Shown piece after piece: positions 43,594 to 51,340 of a stretch of 53,027 bases of DNA. Position 1 is the first letter of the stretch. Every line of letters begins with the position of its first letter. The position numbers and the translations under genes were made by a program. The DNA comes from a virus (Duplodnaviria > Caudoviricetes). The stretch lies in IMG/VR virus record IMGVR_UViG_3300045885_000475, positions 1-53,027 of that record. The stretch is one strand, 5' to 3'. Under the pieces are notes generated by a model. It saw only the letters and a program-made list of their open reading frames with translations. It was not told the origin of the DNA and searched no databases.

Positions 43594-45180
43594 GTGGCTG
43601 AAGAATTTCAAGCCGGTTCCGTCGTCGTCGAGCTCAAGGCTCAAATCGAGAGCCTCCGGAAAGGTGTCACCGAGGCCAAGTCGGTCATGGAGCGGCTTGG
43701 GCGGGGCGTCCAGACCGCTGCCGGCACCATCAACCGGGCCGGTCAGCAAATGACCCAGACCTTCGACGTGGTCGAAAAGAGGACCCTCAGGTTTGCCGCT
43801 CGAGTGGCGACGCTCACCAATCGACTCCTCGGTCTCCAGGTCGTCATGAACAACTTCGGCAGCCGAATCCAAGGCGGGGCCTTCGGACGTCCGTTACAGG
43901 TCGCCACCGATGCGCTTACCACTTTCGCCGGCATCGTGTCAGTCTTCCCCAATAAGATCGGTGTCGCGGTCGGCGTGCTCGCAGCGTTGGGCACCGTTCT
44001 GGCAAATCTCCTTGGTCCGACGGAGGCTCAGCGGAAGGAGATCGAGCGACTGGGGCAGGAGATTGAGGATCTCGCCAAGGCGCGTCGGGCTCTCGAAACG
44101 GCCGCCACCCGAGGGGCTGAGGACAAGAAACTGCGCGATGAATTCCGCATCGGCAACTTCGGAGAGCGTTTCGAGAAGGAGAACCGAGACCTTGAGGCCA
44201 CCCTCAAGGAACGTGAGCGCCTGATTCAGAAGATGATCCTCCTTACGGAGGAGATCGACAAGCGAGCGGCGGCGGCCGGAACGTTAGAGGGCGCGGAGGC
44301 GCTAATTCTCCAGCTTGGTCAGGAGCGAGTCGAGACCGTCAGCGCCCTCGCCGAAATCAACCGCATCGCTCAGGACCAGCAGCTCGCGAAAGCGCTCCGG
44401 GACGCGCGCACCGAGCTCGCTGACCTGAACAAGGAGCTCGGTGCGGGTCGCTCCACGGCGGACCTCTTCTTCCGGACCGGACTGCTCGATCCGATCTCCC
44501 GCCTGCGCGCGGAAGTCAGCATCACCGAGAAGGAGCTGACCACACTGATCGAACTGCAGCGCAAGCTGGAGGCGATCAAGCCCGGCGCCGGCGCAGAGCT
44601 CTCCACCAGCATCGGAACCGCCACGGACGCGGTTCGGCGGGCCCGCGCGGAGGTCGTGCGCGCGGAAGAGGTCGACCGCATGGCGACGAACTTCTCCTCC
44701 GCCATCGGCCAGGGCATCGTCGACGGGATCCTGGCGGGCGAGTCCGCCCTAGAGACGCTCGCCGGTGTGGGCAAGAACCTCTTCGAGAACTTCCTGCGCG
44801 ACAGCGTGAACCAGTTCCAGACGTGGATGACCGACGCCTTCAAGGCAATCACGGGCGTCGCCGGTGCCGAGTTCGGGGCCCTCTTCGGGGCGCTCGCCGG
44901 CGTCGCCGGGTTCTTCCTCTCAAAGAAGGGGGAGGAGAGCGCGCGGGAAACCTTCAACAACGTGCGGTCCAACATCGAGAGCTCACAGCAGGTCCGCGGC
45001 GTGGTCGCGGGTCCGACGAACGTGGCGATCGCGGCCGTCGGCGAGAACATCTCCCGCGCGTTCGAGCCCTCGAGGCAGCTGCTCGCGGCGATCCTCGAGC
45101 AGATCCGGCAGATCAACCAGAAGACCGGCCGCGGCGGCGGCATCGGCGGATTCCCCGCGGTGACGGCCCCCACGACATAG
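43594..45180 (+). CDS. Tape measure protein
   Basis: AGSVVVELKA N-terminus; helical and Ala-rich with hydrophobic segments; after the chaperones. Confidence 0.8.
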   Translation: MAEEFQAGSVVVELKAQIESLRKGVTEAKSVMERLGRGVQTAAGTINRAGQQMTQTFDVVEKRTLRFAARVATLTNRLLGLQVVMNNFGSRIQGGAFGRPLQVATDALTTFAGIVSVFPNKIGVAVGVLAALGTVLANLLGPTEAQRKEIERLGQEIEDLAKARRALETAATRGAEDKKLRDEFRIGNFGERFEKENRDLEATLKERERLIQKMILLTEEIDKRAAAAGTLEGAEALILQLGQERVETVSALAEINRIAQDQQLAKALRDARTELADLNKELGAGRSTADLFFRTGLLDPISRLRAEVSITEKELTTLIELQRKLEAIKPGAGAELSTSIGTATDAVRRARAEVVRAEEVDRMATNFSSAIGQGIVDGILAGESALETLAGVGKNLFENFLRDSVNQFQTWMTDAFKAITGVAGAEFGALFGALAGVAGFFLSKKGEESARETFNNVRSNIESSQQVRGVVAGPTNVAIAAVGENISRAFEPSRQLLAAILEQIRQINQKTGRGGGIGGFPAVTAPTT

Positions 45181-45189
45181 GAGAGAGCG

Positions 45190-46011
45190 ATGAGCACCTA
45201 CAGCTTAGTGCGTCGGGGAGTGATCAGCCTGACCTCGGCCGATGCCGGCACGTCTAAGGACGTCGACATTTCCGGCGCCGTCAAGACCGGATCGGCGATC
45301 GTGGTCTCGAGCATCCGCTCGAATCGGAAGCCGGTCAAGGTCCAGCGCGGCCAGATCGCCGTGACGGAGGCCGCGACCTCCCCCGCAAACGCCGCAATCA
45401 CCGCCGTCGCGGCGCTCGCCCAGGCCTACGTCGTCGCCACCGTGCGCGAGAAGCGAGCGGGAGGGATCGGCGCGACCGTGAAGCTCTCCGCGGTCGACCA
45501 GGTGCGCCTCGAGTGGCTGGGGGGCGCCCTGGGCGCCGGCGAGGACATCGTGGCGGAATTCGAGGTGGTCGAACATCTCCTGACGCGCCAGGCCGCGACG
45601 ATCCGGCTGCTCGACGTCGACACGGTCCGGGTCGAATGGGACACGGCGCTCGAGGCGGGCGAGACGATCACCGTCTCATACGAAGTCTATGACGTGGAGG
45701 ACCTGGGCGACAGCCTCCAGGAGATCCTCTTCCGGCTCCAGAAGATGCTCGCCATCCAGGGCGAGAATTCCATCACCGACCTGCACACCTACGATGACGC
45801 CGGCAACCCCACGCAGTTCCGCGTCCGGGCGTTCGACACCAAGGACGACGCCGAGGCCGCGACGATTGACCTTCCCGCCGGCGACGCCCTCCAGGGCGGC
45901 GAACTCTCCCGGTACCTGGTCACCTTGGACTGGAGCACGGCGAAGAACCGGCCGCTCTCCATTCTATCGGTCCGCACGCATCTCCTGACACCCACGCCGG
46001 GGGTGAGCTAG
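45190..46011 (+). CDS. Tail-associated protein with an internally duplicated beta domain
   Basis: VRRG/VQRG and two AT..L...D.VR.EW...L.AGE.I....EV repeats. Confidence 0.65.
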   Translation: MSTYSLVRRGVISLTSADAGTSKDVDISGAVKTGSAIVVSSIRSNRKPVKVQRGQIAVTEAATSPANAAITAVAALAQAYVVATVREKRAGGIGATVKLSAVDQVRLEWLGGALGAGEDIVAEFEVVEHLLTRQAATIRLLDVDTVRVEWDTALEAGETITVSYEVYDVEDLGDSLQEILFRLQKMLAIQGENSITDLHTYDDAGNPTQFRVRAFDTKDDAEAATIDLPAGDALQGGELSRYLVTLDWSTAKNRPLSILSVRTHLLTPTPGVS

Positions 46012-46013
46012 GC

Positions 46014-46610
46014 ATGTGGCGTCCGAACACCCTCCTGGGATTCCGCCCGGCCGGCTGGCCGCAGCTGGTCAATCCCCGCGTGCCGTTCTCGCGGCCGACA
46101 CGGAATGCGGATCCCCGCCTGAACCCGGAGACGGGCGGCGGCCGTCGGATGACGCACCCGTACCTCGACGACATCGTCTACCCGGAGAACCCCACCCGGA
46201 TCACGAACTTCGACTACGACCGGATCCGGAAGGTGCCCACGGTCCTGACCAAGACGGCCGGCGGGACGGCGGTCGCGCAGTTCCCCGAGTTCGCGGACGA
46301 CGTCCCGATCACCGAGATCTGGGAGGCGAAGGACCTCTCCACGATCGTGGACCTCTACCGGCTCTTCCGGGAGTACCTGACGTCGACGCTGCCGACCGGG
46401 CGGTACATCGGCTGGCAGCCGCGGGACCTCTCTCCCTACAACTACTTCGTGGAGCTCCTGGACGTGCGCCTGGGCCAGGGCGAGGAGCACGTCGTCGAGG
46501 AGCTCGGCCACCGGGAGCCCTACATGATGCGCGAGTCGCTCCAGGTCCAGTTCAAGCTGATCCAGGAGGCCAAGGCGCCCGCCGGCGCCATGGTGTTCCT
46601 CGGGCTCTGA
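46014..46610 (+). CDS. Putative distal tail protein (start may be 46149)
   Basis: Position and size. Confidence 0.55.
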   Translation: MWRPNTLLGFRPAGWPQLVNPRVPFSRPTRNADPRLNPETGGGRRMTHPYLDDIVYPENPTRITNFDYDRIRKVPTVLTKTAGGTAVAQFPEFADDVPITEIWEAKDLSTIVDLYRLFREYLTSTLPTGRYIGWQPRDLSPYNYFVELLDVRLGQGEEHVVEELGHREPYMMRESLQVQFKLIQEAKAPAGAMVFLGL

Positions 46611-46616
46611 AAGCTT

Positions 46617-46632
46617 CTGCAGTCGTCTGCAC
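46617..46632. promoter_or_regulatory. Palindrome site G (CTGCAGTCGTCTGCAC)
   Basis: 1 mismatch to the core; intergenic, just before an RBS. Confidence 0.7.
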
Positions 46633-46651
46633 TCGAGAGGAGGTGATCGGA

Positions 46652-46927
46652 ATGGTGCAGGTGAAGTTGGGCCAGCAGGTCACGTACGTGGATCCGTCGG
46701 GCAAGGCGTGCCCGGCGATCGTGACCGCCGCCTGGTCGTGGACGACCGTGAACGTCGTCTTCGTGAGCCCGGAGGCCTCGAAGACGGACAGCTACGGCCG
46801 CCAGATCGAGCGGGCCACGTCGGTGGCGCACGCCTCGACGCCGGGGCGCGCGTTCGGGAACTACTGGTACGCCGAAAGCGCCGACGAGAAAGTCGACGCG
46901 GGCTATCAGCCCGACCCCAAGATGTAG
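46652..46927 (+). CDS. Hypothetical protein, 91 aa
   Basis: Perfect GGAGGTGAT SD; G..V.Y......PAIVT.....VN.VF. Confidence 0.7.
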   Translation: MVQVKLGQQVTYVDPSGKACPAIVTAAWSWTTVNVVFVSPEASKTDSYGRQIERATSVAHASTPGRAFGNYWYAESADEKVDAGYQPDPKM

Positions 46928-46990
46928 GCGCCGGCCCCTCACGCGGGAACCGATGAGGGACCTGCCGCGGGGCCCCTTGGAGAGAGACGG

Positions 46991-48382
46991 ATGATTATTC
47001 AGTCGCATGGCGGCCAGCCCACCCCGGACCACGCTCGGATCCACCGCGCCGGCGAGCCGCGGCTCCGGCATCCGATCCCCGCCCTGGTCAACGCCGTCGA
47101 GAACGCGAACCTCGTCGTCAACAAGCAGGCGGGGACGCTCAACCGCGGGGGCTCGCACCCGGGGAACCCGATCCTCTCGGGTCTCGGGGTTCGCGCCCAG
47201 CTGGGCATCGGAACCGCCGATCGGCTCCTGGGTGTCTACCTCTTCCAGGACCGCGGCCAGCTCGGCAACAACCTGATCAGCCAGGTCGCCCACGGGCCCC
47301 TCTTCGCGACGCTCGACTTCCAGGCGGGAAGCGGCCAGACGGTCGCCGGCACGCCGGCTACGGGAGCGAAGAAGAACTTCCTCCGCTGGCAGACGAAGGC
47401 CGGCGCCGCGGAGCGCGAGTTCTGGATCAAGTCCTACGACTACGACGTCGTGGCGGTAAAGCAGCTCCCCTGCCTCGATCCGGAGACGCTCGACCCGGTC
47501 GAGATCGAGGCGGAGATCATGAACCCGGGCAACCCCTGGCTCGATCTCCCGATCGACTTCATGGTGTCGTGGAACGACGAGTTCCAAGTCCTCCACCGGC
47601 GCGCCGACGGGGACGAGGAGGTCGGGTTCCTCAAGGCCTACGGCGGGGCGAAGTTCGTCTCGTTCTTCGACACCACGCCCGGGACGGAAGGCGTGGGGGT
47701 CGAGGTCAACCCCGTCACGCAGGACGTCATCTACAACCGCCACAAGATCCAGGTCCAGAACACGGTCGGCCTGAAGGAGATCACCGTCCGGTTCCGGTCG
47801 AAGGAGGGCTCGCTCTACTTCGTCGACGTCAATATTCTTGTGCGAGTTGTGGACCAGGAAGAAACCTGCGTCAAGCCATCAGTAGAGGGCTGCACTGCGC
47901 TCTATCTTAAGGCCGGGACTGCGCTCCCGGCCGGTCTCCCAAATGCGCCGAGTGTCCCGGACGTCCAGGTTACGGAAGGGACCGAGGATGAGCCCCTCGA
48001 CCAGGACCTGCTCTTCGTCACAATCAGGTCGGCGACGGCCGGGGGGGCTCCCAAGCTGCGCGTCCGGAAGTGGAAGTACGTCCAGTCCGCGGCCGCGCTC
48101 GCTGGCGCGGTAATGGTCCAGGTGGGCAACGACGAGGACTATCTCCCGCTCAGCTCGGGCTCTTCGACCCCGGATGAGGATCCGCCCTACCAGGCGCCGA
48201 AGCGTTTGACGGTTGCGTTCTCGGTTAGCCAGCTCTCTGCGGACTTGGTCGCCTTCCTTACCGTGCAGGCCTTGGACGCCCCGTCGCTCTCGGAGCCAAT
48301 CCTAATCGCAGCCGCACGGGCGCGGGATATTTCATACCTGCCTGCCGGCTCAGTTGGGGGAGGTCCAGTATGCGGCTATTGA
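46991..48382 (+). CDS. Putative tail/baseplate protein
   Basis: 463 aa, beta-rich; tail context. Confidence 0.6.
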   Translation: MIIQSHGGQPTPDHARIHRAGEPRLRHPIPALVNAVENANLVVNKQAGTLNRGGSHPGNPILSGLGVRAQLGIGTADRLLGVYLFQDRGQLGNNLISQVAHGPLFATLDFQAGSGQTVAGTPATGAKKNFLRWQTKAGAAEREFWIKSYDYDVVAVKQLPCLDPETLDPVEIEAEIMNPGNPWLDLPIDFMVSWNDEFQVLHRRADGDEEVGFLKAYGGAKFVSFFDTTPGTEGVGVEVNPVTQDVIYNRHKIQVQNTVGLKEITVRFRSKEGSLYFVDVNILVRVVDQEETCVKPSVEGCTALYLKAGTALPAGLPNAPSVPDVQVTEGTEDEPLDQDLLFVTIRSATAGGAPKLRVRKWKYVQSAAALAGAVMVQVGNDEDYLPLSSGSSTPDEDPPYQAPKRLTVAFSVSQLSADLVAFLTVQALDAPSLSEPILIAAARARDISYLPAGSVGGGPVCGY

Positions 48383-48918
48383 TTTTTCGGGCGGCGGTTG
48401 TTGCGTCGATTATTGGCTTGCTGTTTCGGAGTGGCCCAGCGGACATTCCCAGGCTCGTAATGGCGTTCGTTATCGATCCGATCGATCTGATGGCGGCGAG
48501 ACGGCCTCAGTCCGACGTGGCGGAAGAAGCAAGCGAAGGACTTGCGCCACGCCACATGTATTCTGATTCCGGCAGCGCCATATCGGGCGAAGCTGCGATG
48601 CTCCGGATTCTCGCAACGCTGGATGATTCCCCTCCAAACCCTGTATTCCGCCTTTCTGGACCTACCGTGCGTTCGGTTGGCGAATCCCCGCTTGCGAGCG
48701 ATTCCTCTTCTGATGCAGCCACAGCTACGCGTTCTCCGGCCGATGAGGTTTGCAGAGAGCGCGTGGATCTTTCTGCCGCATCGGCATCGGCACAGGTAGT
48801 AGGTTCCATTCACCGTCGGTCTCGAGCCGAGCGCCTTCACAACAGTCAGTCTAGACATCCTTGCGCCAGGGGAGAGCTTGAGTCGACTCGGAAACCTAAC
48901 CGGCCGGTAGGTGATCAT
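48376..48918 (-). CDS. HNH homing endonuclease (antisense insertion)
   Basis: CRCRCG, SCGC, THG, IDRIDNERHYEPGNVRWAT; lower GC. Confidence 0.88.
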   Translation of the reverse strand: MITYRPVRFPSRLKLSPGARMSRLTVVKALGSRPTVNGTYYLCRCRCGRKIHALSANLIGRRTRSCGCIRRGIARKRGFANRTHGRSRKAEYRVWRGIIQRCENPEHRSFARYGAAGIRIHVAWRKSFACFFRHVGLRPSRRHQIDRIDNERHYEPGNVRWATPKQQANNRRNNRRPKNQ

Positions 48919-48950
48919 CGACTCCTCAATATATCACGAAGAGACTGCCG

Positions 48951-49685
48951 ATGGTAGTTGGCGGTCGTCCCCTCGTCACGGTCGTCTGCCCGACCTACGG
49001 CCGGCCGCAGTTCGTCGAGCAGGCGGTCCGCCTGTTCCTCGCGCAGACGTGGACGCGGTCGGAGCTGATCGTTATCGACGACTCGCCCAAGGACCTCCAG
49101 TGCTCGATTGCCTCGAGCCCGCGCGTCAAGGTCGTCCGCCTCGACCACAAGGTGACCCTGGGGGAAAAGCACAACCTGGGGCACGAGCTCGGCCAGGGCG
49201 ACGTCTTCGCCTACCAGGATGACGACGATTTCTTCGGGCCGCGGCGTTTGGTGAAGCAGCTCGAGCCGATCGTCCTCGAGGAGGTCGAGGTCGTGGGGAT
49301 GCTCCGGGACTACGTCCTGGTCCTCCCGACCTGCAGCTGGTTCAAGTTCAACTACGCGCCCCTGCCGGCGAAGGCCTGGATCGGGAACGGCCTGGCCAAC
49401 TTCAAGCTCCCGTTCCACGACGGGACCGCGATGTACACCCGGCACGCCGCAGAGCTCGGCGTGGTCCACCCCGCGCTCGACATGAACCAGAAGGTCCAGT
49501 TTCTCAACGGCCTTGCGGACCTGGGCGTGCGGTGGAAGGCGATCCCCACGGAGCAGCATTTCGTCTACGTGCGCCACGGCAGGAACACCTGGCAGTTCAA
49601 CGAACAGCGGCGCCTGGTGCCCACCGGCCGGCCGCACTGGTTCACCACGACGATGCAGGCCTGGTACGAGGGGAGGGCCGCCTGA
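48951..49685 (+). CDS. Glycosyltransferase family 2
   Basis: VTVVCPTYGR, ELIVIDDS, LGEKHN.G, QDDDD. Confidence 0.88.
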   Translation: MVVGGRPLVTVVCPTYGRPQFVEQAVRLFLAQTWTRSELIVIDDSPKDLQCSIASSPRVKVVRLDHKVTLGEKHNLGHELGQGDVFAYQDDDDFFGPRRLVKQLEPIVLEEVEVVGMLRDYVLVLPTCSWFKFNYAPLPAKAWIGNGLANFKLPFHDGTAMYTRHAAELGVVHPALDMNQKVQFLNGLADLGVRWKAIPTEQHFVYVRHGRNTWQFNEQRRLVPTGRPHWFTTTMQAWYEGRAA

Positions 49686-51340
49686 TGGCTCGCGCGCTCC
49701 TGCCCGGCTCCAGGCTGAACGAGATCTCGGGCTCCCTCAAGCGCTACCCGGGCTTCCAGGTCCTCGTCTGGGATCCCGATTTCGTCAGCATCAACGAGGT
49801 GGCCGCCGGGACCGTCCAGGAGGCTCCGCTTGACATCACGGATTGGGTCCTGTCCGTGCGGTACCAGGAGAACATCGGATTCGAGAATGGCGACGACCCC
49901 ACTTTCCCGAGTGTGACGATCACGTTCCGCCGCGTGCCCGGGCGGATCTTCCGGGAGGGGTGGATCGCAGACCGAGTCATCGTCCGGGTCCTGCAGGGGG
50001 ACCTCCGGGTGAAGCGGGACGAATGGCTCCCGATCTTCACGGGCACCTTCCGCGGCCGCGCCGGCAACAACCCGGGGACGCGGGCGGACCTGTCCGAAGG
50101 CCTCGAGGCGACCGCCTACGGCCGGGAGGAACGGTACCTCAACCTCCAGGTCACCACGGAGAAGTTCCCCCAGAACACCGACGTGGGCGAGATCGCCTTC
50201 GAGATCGCCCGGACCCACATGGACCTCGGCCAGGACGAAATCCTTTTCGGCGCGCAGGGCTACCGCTCGCAGCACGTCTCGAACCAGATTGTGGAGCTCC
50301 CCGCCCTTGAGGCGCTCTACCAGTGCCTGTTCCCGGTGGGGAAGAAGCCGAAGTTCGACTCCACGGGGCGCCTGGTCGCCGTCGACGTGAACCTCGACAA
50401 GCCGGCCGCGCGGATCTTCTCCGCCGGCGACCTGACGATCGCCTCCAAGGTGGCCAGTCCGAACGACGTCGAGGTGGCGAACCACGTCATCCTCCGAGGC
50501 CTCGACCACACGCTCTCGAAGGTGATCCAGGAGGCGCAACTCCTGGTCGAGCTCGACGTCACGACGGGCTTCTTCGACAGCGAGTTCGAGCGCCGTGTTT
50601 TCTACTCGCAGGACCACAGTCAGCGGGCCCAGGACACGTACGTGGTCGAGAAGAAGCGGATCCGGTGGAGCGATTCCACCTGGACGGAGAAGGATGAGTT
50701 CTCCGGGGTCCTCGAGATCGACACGAGGTACCTGCGGAACGTCCGGGCGATCATCTTCGTGGCCTGGCTCGCGACCCAGATCTTCGTCGCGATCATCGAC
50801 CTCTTCTTCCAGGGCGAGGGCGCGGCTTCGATCATCACGACCATCTTCGGCATCAACGTCACCCTGGCGACGCTGCGCTTCATCCTGCAGATGGCCTCGA
50901 TCGTGACGCTCGCCCTGCTCCTTTGGGCCATGAACTTCATCGGCCGAGGCCACTATCAGGTCTGGGGCAAGCGCTTCGAGTTCGTCTACCAGGAGCTCGT
51001 CAGCGATGCCCGCCTGGTCGGCCTCCTGCCGGAGGAGCTGCGCCTGGTCGAGTACCGGAACGACTTCCTCTCGACGATGGAGGTCCTCGACGCGCGCGCG
51101 AAGGACCTGCTCCGCCGCGAGCTCGTGAAGAACCAGCTCCACGAGATCACGCTGGTCGACGACCTCCTCCTCGAGGTCGACGACATCATCGAGGACCAGG
51201 CCGGCAGCCGGTACTACATCCTCTCGGTGGACAAGGAGCTCCGGCGCGGCGCCGCGCCGCTCATGACCCTGACCACCTGGAAGGTGTGGGATGCAGAGAC
51301 GGCCGCGATCGAGGCCGCGGCCACGGGGGCGGAAGCATGA
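49685..51340 (+). CDS. Tail hub/tip protein with an inserted hydrophobic hairpin
   Basis: LDITDWV, PIFTGTF, PKFDSTGRLV, LEVDDII..., typical of hub proteins; TM-like segment at 50745-50943. Confidence 0.65.
   Translation: MARALLPGSRLNEISGSLKRYPGFQVLVWDPDFVSINEVAAGTVQEAPLDITDWVLSVRYQENIGFENGDDPTFPSVTITFRRVPGRIFREGWIADRVIVRVLQGDLRVKRDEWLPIFTGTFRGRAGNNPGTRADLSEGLEATAYGREERYLNLQVTTEKFPQNTDVGEIAFEIARTHMDLGQDEILFGAQGYRSQHVSNQIVELPALEALYQCLFPVGKKPKFDSTGRLVAVDVNLDKPAARIFSAGDLTIASKVASPNDVEVANHVILRGLDHTLSKVIQEAQLLVELDVTTGFFDSEFERRVFYSQDHSQRAQDTYVVEKKRIRWSDSTWTEKDEFSGVLEIDTRYLRNVRAIIFVAWLATQIFVAIIDLFFQGEGAASIITTIFGINVTLATLRFILQMASIVTLALLLWAMNFIGRGHYQVWGKRFEFVYQELVSDARLVGLLPEELRLVEYRNDFLSTMEVLDARAKDLLRRELVKNQLHEITLVDDLLLEVDDIIEDQAGSRYYILSVDKELRRGAAPLMTLTTWKVWDAETAAIEAAATGAEA

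Noticed and set aside
1734-51142. Many long minus-strand and alternate-frame ORFs (e.g. 15150-17543, 11402-13438, 40285-42228)
   Set aside because: Shadow ORFs of high-GC coding genes: R/G/L/P-rich, without RBS or motifs, and fully overlapping well-supported + strand genes.
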